A stretch of 33,152 bases of DNA from Ruminococcaceae bacterium UBA7135 (GTDB lineage Bacteria; Bacillota; Clostridia; Oscillospirales; Ruminococcaceae): the NCBI GenBank assembly GCA_002492075.1, contig DKXD01000171.1:18206-51357 (forward strand). The letters run 5' to 3'. Below are positions 1 to 8,447 of the stretch, in pieces (position 1 is the first letter of the stretch; each line of letters starts with the position of its first letter). A program made the translations under genes and the position numbers. Below the pieces are notes generated by a model. That model searched no databases, had not been told where the DNA came from, and saw nothing but the letters and a program-made list of their open reading frames with translations.

Positions 1-229
1 AGGGCAATATCCGATTTTGTGAAAAACTGCCAAAAAAGATAAAGAAAATTTGTGAGACATAAATTTGCTAAATATGTAATAAATTAAGTAATTTAAGTAA
101 TCGCCGCGAATACTTTAGCTTACGCAAGAAAGATAAAATATGGCTTTATTAAGCCATGTTTCATGCATTACGCCAAAATTTGTGTGAAAAATAGACGAAA
201 AAACGGAAAAGTTTTATGCAAAATGTACA

Positions 230-259
230 TTGACTAATGCCTTTATAAAATGTTATATT
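230..259 (+). promoter_or_regulatory. SigA-type promoter for the 445..1548 gene
   Basis: TTGACT (230-235), 18 bp, TATATT (254-259) preceded by TGt (extended -10). Confidence 0.6.
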
Positions 260-444
260 AGTAAGCAGGGATTACAACGCCCTTAATACGAATTCTCAAT
301 GGAAAGAGCGCAAAATTTAATTTCCGTTCTCTGCGAAGCAGGGGAGAGAAATCAAGATAATGTGTCTGCTTTTTTTAATGAGAAATCAGTATAACTAAGG
401 TATTTTGGTACAAATTTTACTACATTATTTAGGGAGGATAACCT

Positions 445-1548
445 ATGAAATTGAAAAAGATTTTATCGTTTGCTGCGGCTGCTACACTCGCTGCAAGCGT
501 AGTGACTACCACAGCAAGCGCGGATTTTGCGGCTGTTACGGATCCTGTGGGAGGACTTTCCTCGGCTACCGGTCTTTATATGATACCGGTCTTTTGCAAT
601 GACGATTCCGGAGACATTCCTCTGACGGATTATCAGCTCGACCTTTCCAAGATAGGCGGCGTTTCGTTCACCATACAGATACCGGAAGCGGAAAGAGAGT
701 TCTTTGACGGAAAGTTCGGCGGCGGCGTTGGCGTTTCCATTCACGCGAAGAATATAGTGAAGCCCGAAACGGTAACAGACGCGGACAAGACATACACAAC
801 TCCCGGCGGAAAGAAAGTAACCGAATGGGCTTATTACAATTGGGATAACAGCAAGGAGTATTGGGGCGTTATAGATTCGGGTGCAAAGGATCCCAACTCT
901 TACGATATTGACGGCGTTCTTATTGAGGGTATGCCCGAGTATATAGTTCAGGACGGCTCCGAAAAGCCCGCGTTCCTGGAGACTCTGTCGCCCTACACCT
1001 ATCGTATAAAAACAGATGTTGTAAATCCCATTATTGACGGCAAATGCAAGGCTGAAGACATCACAGATATCCGCGTGTTCTTCCAGGGCTGGGGCGAAAG
1101 CTGGCCTATGTTTAAGGTCGATGTAACCAGAACCGTTGTGTTCGATACCGACGGCAAGGTAATGATCGCGTTCGACCAGAAGGGCAACAAGGTAGACGGC
1201 ACGGCTGATGATGAAAAAGAAGCTGTAAGACCTACCGTTCCTTCCGAAGACGATCCCGCAACAAGTGATACCGCAAGTACCGCGACCAGCAATGCAACGA
1301 GCGATACCGCAAGCAATGCCACAAGTTCGGCAACGAGCAGCACTACAAGTGCGGCAACAAGCAACACTACAAGCGCGGCTACAAACAGCACTTCAAGCGC
1401 AGCTACAAACGACACAGCAAGCGGCACTACCAGCTCCTCTTCTTCGAGCAGCGGTCTGCCTACGGGTGCTCTCATCGGCATTATCGCGGGTGTGGTAGCG
1501 GTTATCGTAGTGGTTGTTGTTATCGTAGTTAAGAAGAAAAAAGGCTGA
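445..1548 (+). CDS. Secreted, C-terminally membrane-anchored surface protein of unknown function with Ser/Thr/Ala-rich stalk
   Basis: RBS GGGAGG upstream of ATG; signal peptide MKLKKILSFAAAATLAASVVTTTASA; ~240-aa globular region; S/T/A/N-rich linker; hydrophobic helix ALIGIIAGVVAVIVVVVVIVV followed by KKKKG-stop. Confidence 0.85.
   Translation: MKLKKILSFAAAATLAASVVTTTASADFAAVTDPVGGLSSATGLYMIPVFCNDDSGDIPLTDYQLDLSKIGGVSFTIQIPEAEREFFDGKFGGGVGVSIHAKNIVKPETVTDADKTYTTPGGKKVTEWAYYNWDNSKEYWGVIDSGAKDPNSYDIDGVLIEGMPEYIVQDGSEKPAFLETLSPYTYRIKTDVVNPIIDGKCKAEDITDIRVFFQGWGESWPMFKVDVTRTVVFDTDGKVMIAFDQKGNKVDGTADDEKEAVRPTVPSEDDPATSDTASTATSNATSDTASNATSSATSSTTSAATSNTTSAATNSTSSAATNDTASGTTSSSSSSSGLPTGALIGIIAGVVAVIVVVVVIVVKKKKG
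1258..1452 (+). repeat. Degenerate 12/24-bp coding tandem repeats encoding the Ser/Thr-rich stalk
   Basis: Protein ATSDTASTATSNATSDTASNATSSATSSTTSAATSNTTSAATNSTSSAATNDTAS; DNA units such as gcactacaagtgcggcaacaa / acactacaagcgcggctacaa. Confidence 0.7.
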
Positions 1549-1564
1549 TCAATACCGATAATAG

Positions 1565-1600
1565 AGATCTGCCGAGATACTTTCTCGGCAGATCTTTTTT
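1565..1600 (+). terminator. Rho-independent terminator
   Basis: Perfect 13-bp stem agatctgccgaga (1565-1577) / tctcggcagatct (1583-1595) followed by a T run, 16 bp after the stop codon. Confidence 0.9.
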
Positions 1601-1787
1601 ATAAGCGCCGTATGAAAACGATTTAGGTAAAAGAGTATAAAACCGTGTTTCTGTTTTCAGACGGAAAACGCAGATATAATGCGAATACAGCGGCGCTGTT
1701 GGTTTGTCACTTTATTTATTAGTTGTTATAACTTAATAAAATTGCCAAAAAAATTTGTTGCACAATGACTAAAATGCACAAAACTTC

Positions 1788-1816
1788 TTGACAGTTGTGT
1801 GATGATTTGGTATAAT
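1788..1816 (+). promoter_or_regulatory. Consensus SigA promoter of the carbohydrate-uptake cassette
   Basis: TTGACA (1788-1793), 17 bp, TATAAT (1811-1816) with TGg extended -10. Confidence 0.9.
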
Positions 1817-1868
1817 ATAATAAGATAATTGTATAACTACACTTTGTTTTGGAAAGGTGGATATAGCT

Positions 1869-4844
1869 GTGACCGGAAAACGTAAAAATGCGTTTAAAAA
1901 AGCCGCTTGCGCCGCTATGGCAGCGCTGCTTGTTATGAGTGCGTTCCCAAGCGGCGGCTTGGTGTCGTTCGCTGAGGAAGAGATAGACGATTCTTATCAC
2001 GCGGAGGTGTCGGAGGAGAAATATTCCGCAACCACCGTGGATAACAATTCGAGCGCGTATAAGAACTACATAAAGAATTACAGTGATGCGGAAAAGCCGC
2101 TTACGGAGTTCAGCCTTGATATCACCGATTACAAAGCCGAGGGCGGTAATTTTGAAAAAACCGATTTCGAGGGCGAGGAAGACGTTGTTTCGTGGCTTGA
2201 CAGCGAGGGTACCATCTCGTGGGATTTTGAGGTTGAAACAGCGGGTCTTTACAATATGAAGATGTTCTATTACCCGGTTTCCGGCGCCAATACCACTATA
2301 GAGATCGAGGTTAAGCTTGACGGCGACCACCCGTTTGACGAAACGAAGCTTATAGAGCTTGACAGATACTGGCAGAACAAGACCGCGGGCATACAGTACG
2401 ACGCTTTGAACAAAAACCAGAAGCGTCCGCCGCAGGTCGAATACGATTGCTGGGTTGAATATCCGATAAAGGATAAGGACGGTCTTATCAATACGCCGTA
2501 CTTCTTCTATCTTTCCGAGGGAAAGCATACGCTTTCGTTCACGGGCGTAAAGACGAATATCTACATGAAGGATATTTCGTTTTACAACACCGAAGAACTG
2601 CCTTCTTATTCGGATATCAAGCCTTCACAGACGGAAATAGACGAGACGCCGGCTCTTACGAACGGCGAGCCTGTTCTTGTTGAGGCGGAGACGCCCAGCT
2701 ACACCACGTCCAGCACGCTTTACCCGACTTACGACCGCACCGATTACACGATGAGCCCCGCTCACCCGGTAAATAAGCGCTACAACACCATAGGCGCGGA
2801 TACCTGGAGCAAGGCTACTCAGACCGCGGTGTACGAGGTCGAGGTTCCTGCGGACGGTTATTACACGATAAATATGAAGTGCCGTCAAAGCACGATGCGC
2901 GGCTTTTTCTCGAACCGCCGCGTGTATATCAACGGCGAAGTGCCGTGCAAGGAGCTTGACGACGTAAAGATCCAATACAGCCCCAAGTGGCAGACGGTAA
3001 ATCTTACTACTGAGGACGGCGAGCCTATTTACATTAAGCTGAACGCCGGCAAGAACACCATAGCCTTTGAGGCTATCCCCGGCGATATCGGCGAGGTAAT
3101 GGAGCGCCTTGACGATATCATACTGCGTCTTAACAGATACTACAGACGCATAGTTATGATCACCAGTACCGACCCCGATGAGTACAAGGACTATATGCTT
3201 GAGGAGCAGATCCCCGAGTTGCTTGATGTTTTCCGGGAGACTATCGACGCGCTTTATGCGGAGAAGGACGGTATTGAGGAGCTTACCGGAAAGGGCTCCG
3301 AGGCAACGACCCTTGAAACGATGGCTGTCATTCTGGAAATGGCGGTAAAACATCCCGAAAATATACCGATGATGGTATCGACGCGTTCTTCGGGTATACG
3401 CGACCAGATAAACGCGGTTTCTGCGTGGATGAGAGACTTCCGCGGTCAGCCGCTGGAAATGGACTATTTTGAAGTAAAGACCGCGCACGAGGAATTCCGC
3501 AGCGCAAAGCCGAATTTCTTTAAGCAATTCGGCTTCGGCTTCAAATCGTTTATCGGTTCTTTCTTTGAGGACTACACATCCGTTTCTGCAAACGGCGAGG
3601 GCAGAGCTCTCAACGTTTGGGTATCGCTCGGACGCGACCAGGCTACCGTTGTAAACGAGCTTGTAGCCAGCGAGTACAACCCCGAGCACAAGACTGAGGT
3701 CGGCATAAGACTGGTTCAGGGCGCTATTCTTGAGGCGACGCTCGCCGACAAGGGTCCTGAGGCGGCGCTGTTTATCGGCGGCGACTTCCCCGTTGTTTGC
3801 GCTTCGCGCGGGCTTATGGTGAATTTGAAAGAGCTGAACGGCTATGAAGAAGTCGCCAAGCGGTTTCCAAGTGATCTTTCGACATTGTATGAATATGAGG
3901 GCGGAGTTTACGGACTTCCGCTTACCGACAGCTTCCCGATGATGTTCTACCGAACCGACGTTCTCGAGGAAATAGGGCATCAGCCGCCCGAGACGTGGGA
4001 CGCACTTATTGATATGCTGCCCGATCTGCAAAGACGTTATTTGAGAGTGGGACTTATCCTGCCGTCCAATATCTCCTCACAGGTATTCGACGCGGGCAAC
4101 ACTTTCGTGCTGCTGATGAATCAGACCGGTCAAAGCCTGTACAACGATCAGTTGACGGCAACGACGTTCGATACCGAGGAAGCGGTTCAGGCGTTCACCA
4201 AGTGGACGAACTTCTACACCGTGTTCGACTTCTCGCAGACTTATGACGCGTTCTCGCTGTTCAGAACGGGTGAAATGCCGATCCTGATACAGAACTACGC
4301 TTCGTTCTACAGCCAGCTTTCCGTTGCGGCTCCCGAGATAAAGGGACTTTGGGACTTTACGCATGTTCCCGGCACGGAGCGCACGGTAGACGGCGAAACG
4401 TTTATTGATTACTCCGCGAACTCAGGCTCTTCGGGCGCAGTAATATTCAAGAGCTGCTCCGACGTGGACGCGGCATGGGATTTCATCAAGTGGTTCACCT
4501 CCACTGATGTTCAAGTGGAGTACGGCAAGACCATAGAGGCTGTTATGGGTCCGCTCGGACGTTATGACACCGCAAACCTCGAGGCGCTCTCGAAGCTGAA
4601 CTGGTCTACCGCCGAGTACAATAAGATAAGCGACCAGATGGCAAATTTGAAAGAAGTGCCGATAATTCCTGCTTCGTATGCTGTAACAAGAAACGTATAC
4701 AACGCGTTCAGAGCTGTTGTAAACAACAAGAAGGACGCACGCTTCCAGTTTGCAAGCTACAATCGTGATATCAACGCGGAGATAATCCGCAAGCTGAAGG
4801 ATCTGGGCTACAACATCGACGATGACGGAAATATCGTCGAATGA
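1869..4844 (+). CDS. Very large extracellular solute-binding protein (carbohydrate ABC type) with two N-terminal CBM-like beta-sandwich modules
   Basis: GTG at 1869 lies 8 nt after AAAGGTGG (the ORF-track start 1857 is inside the RBS); Sec signal ending VSFA-EE; twin motifs WDFEVETAGLYNMKMFY and YEVEVPADGYYTINMKC; C-terminal sugar SBP motifs GVYGLPLTDSFPMMFYRTDVLEE, PPETWD, AAWDFIKWFTS. Confidence 0.85.
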   Translation: MTGKRKNAFKKAACAAMAALLVMSAFPSGGLVSFAEEEIDDSYHAEVSEEKYSATTVDNNSSAYKNYIKNYSDAEKPLTEFSLDITDYKAEGGNFEKTDFEGEEDVVSWLDSEGTISWDFEVETAGLYNMKMFYYPVSGANTTIEIEVKLDGDHPFDETKLIELDRYWQNKTAGIQYDALNKNQKRPPQVEYDCWVEYPIKDKDGLINTPYFFYLSEGKHTLSFTGVKTNIYMKDISFYNTEELPSYSDIKPSQTEIDETPALTNGEPVLVEAETPSYTTSSTLYPTYDRTDYTMSPAHPVNKRYNTIGADTWSKATQTAVYEVEVPADGYYTINMKCRQSTMRGFFSNRRVYINGEVPCKELDDVKIQYSPKWQTVNLTTEDGEPIYIKLNAGKNTIAFEAIPGDIGEVMERLDDIILRLNRYYRRIVMITSTDPDEYKDYMLEEQIPELLDVFRETIDALYAEKDGIEELTGKGSEATTLETMAVILEMAVKHPENIPMMVSTRSSGIRDQINAVSAWMRDFRGQPLEMDYFEVKTAHEEFRSAKPNFFKQFGFGFKSFIGSFFEDYTSVSANGEGRALNVWVSLGRDQATVVNELVASEYNPEHKTEVGIRLVQGAILEATLADKGPEAALFIGGDFPVVCASRGLMVNLKELNGYEEVAKRFPSDLSTLYEYEGGVYGLPLTDSFPMMFYRTDVLEEIGHQPPETWDALIDMLPDLQRRYLRVGLILPSNISSQVFDAGNTFVLLMNQTGQSLYNDQLTATTFDTEEAVQAFTKWTNFYTVFDFSQTYDAFSLFRTGEMPILIQNYASFYSQLSVAAPEIKGLWDFTHVPGTERTVDGETFIDYSANSGSSGAVIFKSCSDVDAAWDFIKWFTSTDVQVEYGKTIEAVMGPLGRYDTANLEALSKLNWSTAEYNKISDQMANLKEVPIIPASYAVTRNVYNAFRAVVNNKKDARFQFASYNRDINAEIIRKLKDLGYNIDDDGNIVE

Positions 4845-4916
4845 CAGTTGATAGCGCGCCGCCGATAATTTATTTGTCGGCGGGGCTGTCAAAGACCGAC
4901 TTTAAGCTATCAACTG
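4845..4916 (+). promoter_or_regulatory. Intercistronic stem-loop after the SBP gene (probable mRNA-stabilising or attenuating element)
   Basis: Stem ccgccgataa (4859-4868) / ttgtcggcgg (4874-4883) enclosed by an 11-bp inverted repeat cagttgatagc (4845-4855) / gctatcaactg (4906-4916); no U tract. Confidence 0.6.
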
Positions 4917-4934
4917 AATTTAGGGGGTATAGGC

Positions 4935-5876
4935 GTGTTCGCTAAAGATAATACGAGAAACATTGAGGACAGCAGATTTCGATATACTCTGCGCGAAATG
5001 AAGAAAAACTCTTCCGCGTATGTTCTCGCTCTGCCGTTTTTCCTGTTGTTCATAGCATTTACCGGCATACCGGTTCTTATTTCGCTGCCTGTCGGGTTTA
5101 CAAACTTCAATATGGCGGAGTTTCCGAAGTGGACGGGACTTTCCAACTTTTATACGATGTTCCTGGCGGATGATGTATTCCTGATCGCCATTCAGAACAC
5201 CTTGGTTTTCGCGATAATCACCGGTCCCGTAAGCTACATTTTGTGCTTTTTGCTGGCGTGGCTGATAAACGAAATGCCGGGTCCGCTGAAAACGGTGTTC
5301 ACCTACATATTCTACGCGCCGACGCTTGCGGGAAACATCTACGCCACATGGCAGCTGATCTTCTCTGGCGACGCGCAGGGTCCTTTGAACTCCGTTTTGA
5401 TGAGCCTGGGTATTATAAAAGGTCCTCAGCAGTGGCTGACCGACGGACGGTACATTCTGATGTGTATCATCATAGTGCAGATGTGGATGAGCTTGGGCGC
5501 GGGCTTCCTTGCCTTGCGAGCGGGTCTTCAGGGCATTGACAAAGCAGGCTATGAGGCGGGTGCTATCGAGGGCATAAAGAACCGTTTTCAGGAGCTTATT
5601 TACATTACTATTCCGGCAATGGGGCCGCAGCTGCTGTTCGCGGCGGTAATGCAGATCACCGCCTCGTTTACGGCGGGCGACGTTGGACGTTTCCTCACAG
5701 CGTTCCCGACCACCGATTATAAAGGTCACACGCTGATGACACACGCGTTCGACTACGGTTCGATACGCTTTGAGATGGGTTACGCGTGTGCTATCTGCTT
5801 CTTCCTCTTTGTGGTGATGTTGATAGTAAACAACGTTATCCGAAAAGCGATGAGCGGTATTCTCGATACGGAATAA
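4935..5876 (+). CDS. Carbohydrate ABC transporter permease (MalF/UgpA-like)
   Basis: GTG after GGGGG; multiple TM helices; WTGLSNFY motif; EAA loop AGLQGIDKAGYEAGAIEG. Confidence 0.9.
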   Translation: MFAKDNTRNIEDSRFRYTLREMKKNSSAYVLALPFFLLFIAFTGIPVLISLPVGFTNFNMAEFPKWTGLSNFYTMFLADDVFLIAIQNTLVFAIITGPVSYILCFLLAWLINEMPGPLKTVFTYIFYAPTLAGNIYATWQLIFSGDAQGPLNSVLMSLGIIKGPQQWLTDGRYILMCIIIVQMWMSLGAGFLALRAGLQGIDKAGYEAGAIEGIKNRFQELIYITIPAMGPQLLFAAVMQITASFTAGDVGRFLTAFPTTDYKGHTLMTHAFDYGSIRFEMGYACAICFFLFVVMLIVNNVIRKAMSGILDTE

Positions 5877-5888
5877 GGAGGGCTGAAG

Positions 5889-6749
5889 GTGCGGTTAATT
5901 AAGAAACGCAGAATGTGGGGCGGCTCGCGCGGCGGCGACGTCGGAATATTTATTCTGCTGCTTTTGGTCGGCGTGTTTATGCTGTTTCCCATCTATTTCT
6001 CGATAATTCAATCCATAAAGCCCGTAGAAGAGCTGTTCCTCTTCCCACCGAAGCTTTATGTTATGCGTCCTACCTCGCAGTCCTTTGAGGATATGCTGAA
6101 AGTAGCGGGCAGTATGGACGTTCCGTTTGCAAGATATGTGTTTAACTCCGTGTTCATATCGGTAGTTGTAACGGTGGCGCAGCTTATTTTCTCGTCATCG
6201 GCGGCTTATGTGCTGGCAAAGGTAAAGGCTCCCGGCATAAAGTTTATGAACAAGGTGATAGAGGTAGCCCTGCTGTTTACGTCATCGGTTACTTATATCG
6301 TTCAGTATATCGTTATGGCGAAGATGGGTATCATAGATACATATCTGGCGCTGACGCTGCCGTTTATCGCAACGCCTATGGGATTGTTCCTTATGCGACA
6401 GTTTATGGGGCAGATCCCGGAATCGATGATAGAGGCGGCAAAGTTGGACGGCGCTTCGCACCTGCGAATTTGCTGGCAGATAGTAATGCCGAACGTTAAG
6501 CCCGCGTGGCTGACGCTGATGATATTCGCGTTTCAGGGCGCATGGCAGATAACAGGTTATTTGTTCGTTTATTCCGAGCAGCTTAAGCCGATTCCTGTTG
6601 TAATGCAGCAGATAGCGGCTTCCGGCTTGGCGAGAGCGGGCGTTTCCTACGCGACTGTAGTTGTGCTTATGCTGCCGCCTATGATATTGTTCCTTATCCT
6701 GCAAAGCAACGTTGTTGAAACGATGGCTCATTCGGGACTTAAGGACTGA
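5889..6749 (+). CDS. Carbohydrate ABC transporter permease (MalG/UgpE-like)
   Basis: RBS AAGGAGG; TM helices; EAA loop LFLMRQFMGQIPESMIEAAKLDGAS. Confidence 0.92.
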   Translation: MRLIKKRRMWGGSRGGDVGIFILLLLVGVFMLFPIYFSIIQSIKPVEELFLFPPKLYVMRPTSQSFEDMLKVAGSMDVPFARYVFNSVFISVVVTVAQLIFSSSAAYVLAKVKAPGIKFMNKVIEVALLFTSSVTYIVQYIVMAKMGIIDTYLALTLPFIATPMGLFLMRQFMGQIPESMIEAAKLDGASHLRICWQIVMPNVKPAWLTLMIFAFQGAWQITGYLFVYSEQLKPIPVVMQQIAASGLARAGVSYATVVVLMLPPMILFLILQSNVVETMAHSGLKD

Positions 6750-6794
6750 TCTCTAACAACTGTAAAAATACTAATTATTGGAAGGGTGATCTCA

Positions 6795-8444
6795 GTGCCG
6801 TCGATCAAACGTATGGCAAAGAGTATATTGGCGGGTGCGCTTTCCGCGGCAGTGCTTTTGGGCGGCGCGGGTATTACCGCCTTTGCCGACGAGCCTTATA
6901 AGGGTTACAGCTATGACTGGTGGGGCGACACCGTGCCCTCGCAGAACGGCTATGTTGTGGATAAGGTAGTGTCGGGACTGGATATCGGGTGCGGCGACTT
7001 TACGACGCCTTCGGATATGTTTTTCTCGGACGACGAGGAGCTTTATATCGCCGACAGCGGATATGTAGGCGAGGAAGGTTCGGGTCAAAAGGGAAGGATT
7101 GTTGTAACCGACAAGGATTTCAAGCTGCTGAATTCCATAGAGTATCTTGACTTTTCGGACGTCGGCGATTGGCTTGACGCTGAAGAAGCCGCGTATGACA
7201 GCGGCGAGATTAACGAGGAGCGGTACCTTAAAGAGACCAACATATATTTTAACGAACCGTCAGGCGTTTTCGTTGACGAAGATCAAATATATGTGGCGGA
7301 CAAGGAAAACTGCCGCGTGGTCAAGTTCACGGCGGGCAAGGATTCAGACGGTGTGGGATTTGGCAAGGTCCAGAAAGTATTCACTCGCCCCGATGAAACT
7401 TACTACGATTCTTCGATGACGTTCAATCCGTCGAGAGTGCTGGTGGACGCTGCCGATAACGTTTATATCTGCATAAGGACTATCACGCGCGGCGCGGTTG
7501 TGTTCTCGCGCGAGGGCGAGTTCAACGGCTACTACGGCGCGAACCGCGTCGAAAAGACAATCGACGTAATTAAGAATATGTTCTGGAAGCTGGTAATGAC
7601 GAAAGAGCAGATCTCCAGAATGAAAAGAAACATTCCCGTCGAGATATCCAACTTCGATATCGACAAGCAGAATTTCGTCTATACCGTAACGGAGAACAAA
7701 AACTCCGATACCGATACGTTAAAGAAGATGAATTCCGCGGGCACGAACATCTTCATCAATCTCGGCTACAACGAATATATCTTCGGGGATTATCTCACAA
7801 CATACTATCACGGCAAGACTTACAGCTCGCAGATAACGGACGTTGACGTAGGCGCCAACGGAGAGATAAACCTGCTGGACTTCGCGACGGGTCGCGTATT
7901 CCAATATGACGACGAATGTGAGCTGATGTTTATTTTCGGCGGTATAGGCTCGCAAAAAGGAACGTTCGATACCGTTACCGCAATAGAGAGCCTTGGCACG
8001 AACGTGTATGTTCTGGACTCCAAAAAGAGTTCTATTACCGTGTTCAAGCGTACGGAGTTCGGCGCGATAGTTCACGAGGCGCAGACGCTCTTCAATCAGG
8101 GCAAATATGAGGAATCCATAGGGCCTTGGGAGGAGGTTCTCCGCCGCGACTCCAACTACTGGATGGCGTATATCGGTCTTGGCAACGCGTATCTTAACGC
8201 AAAGGATTACGACAGGGCGATGGACTGCTTCTACCGTCAGTCAAGGAGCGGCTATTCGGACGCATTTAAGAGTTGGCGAATGAATTTTGTCCGCGATAAC
8301 TTCACACTGTTTGCGCTGATAATAGTTGTTGTGTTGGTGGCGATATACGTTATAGCGTCTATTAAGGGCAAAAAGAGAGCCAAAGCCCGCGCAATGGCGG
8401 ATAAGCTGATACGCGATCAGGCTAAAAAGAAAGAGGAGGGGTAA
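6795..8444 (+). CDS. Secreted NHL-repeat (beta-propeller) plus TPR protein with C-terminal membrane anchor
   Basis: GTG at 6795 follows GGAAGGGTGA (ATG 6813 is an alternative start); signal peptide ending AFA-DE; NHL-like repeats FTTPSDMFFSDDEELYIADSG, FNEPSGVFVDEDQIYVADKENCRV, FNPSRVLVDAADNVYI; TPR AYIGLGNAYLNAKDYDRAMDCF; TM FALIIVVVLVAIYVIA plus basic tail. Confidence 0.85.
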   Translation: MPSIKRMAKSILAGALSAAVLLGGAGITAFADEPYKGYSYDWWGDTVPSQNGYVVDKVVSGLDIGCGDFTTPSDMFFSDDEELYIADSGYVGEEGSGQKGRIVVTDKDFKLLNSIEYLDFSDVGDWLDAEEAAYDSGEINEERYLKETNIYFNEPSGVFVDEDQIYVADKENCRVVKFTAGKDSDGVGFGKVQKVFTRPDETYYDSSMTFNPSRVLVDAADNVYICIRTITRGAVVFSREGEFNGYYGANRVEKTIDVIKNMFWKLVMTKEQISRMKRNIPVEISNFDIDKQNFVYTVTENKNSDTDTLKKMNSAGTNIFINLGYNEYIFGDYLTTYYHGKTYSSQITDVDVGANGEINLLDFATGRVFQYDDECELMFIFGGIGSQKGTFDTVTAIESLGTNVYVLDSKKSSITVFKRTEFGAIVHEAQTLFNQGKYEESIGPWEEVLRRDSNYWMAYIGLGNAYLNAKDYDRAMDCFYRQSRSGYSDAFKSWRMNFVRDNFTLFALIIVVVLVAIYVIASIKGKKRAKARAMADKLIRDQAKKKEEG

Positions 8445-8447
8445 GTA

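Noticed and set aside
285-320. GAAA...CGCAAA words suggesting a c-di-GMP-I riboswitch
   Set aside because: The GGCAAAC start, the paired GAAA-tetraloop stem and the second hairpin with its receptor are not present.
1456-1470. LPTGA before the C-terminal TM of the first gene as a sortase motif
   Set aside because: It is LPTGA, not LPxTG, and runs straight into the hydrophobic helix; a plain membrane anchor is the simpler reading.
1723-1739. TTGTTATAACTTAATAA as a Rex operator
   Set aside because: It is 17 bp with a 3-bp spacer instead of the 18-bp 7-4-7 Rex palindrome, has mismatches, and lies in very AT-rich DNA.
2625-4031. Long antisense ORFs (this 468-aa one, also 14573..15712, 27778..28668, 4920..5744, 29019..29891 and similar)
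   Set aside because: They lie opposite well-supported genes and show no motifs; they are expected shadow ORFs from codon bias.
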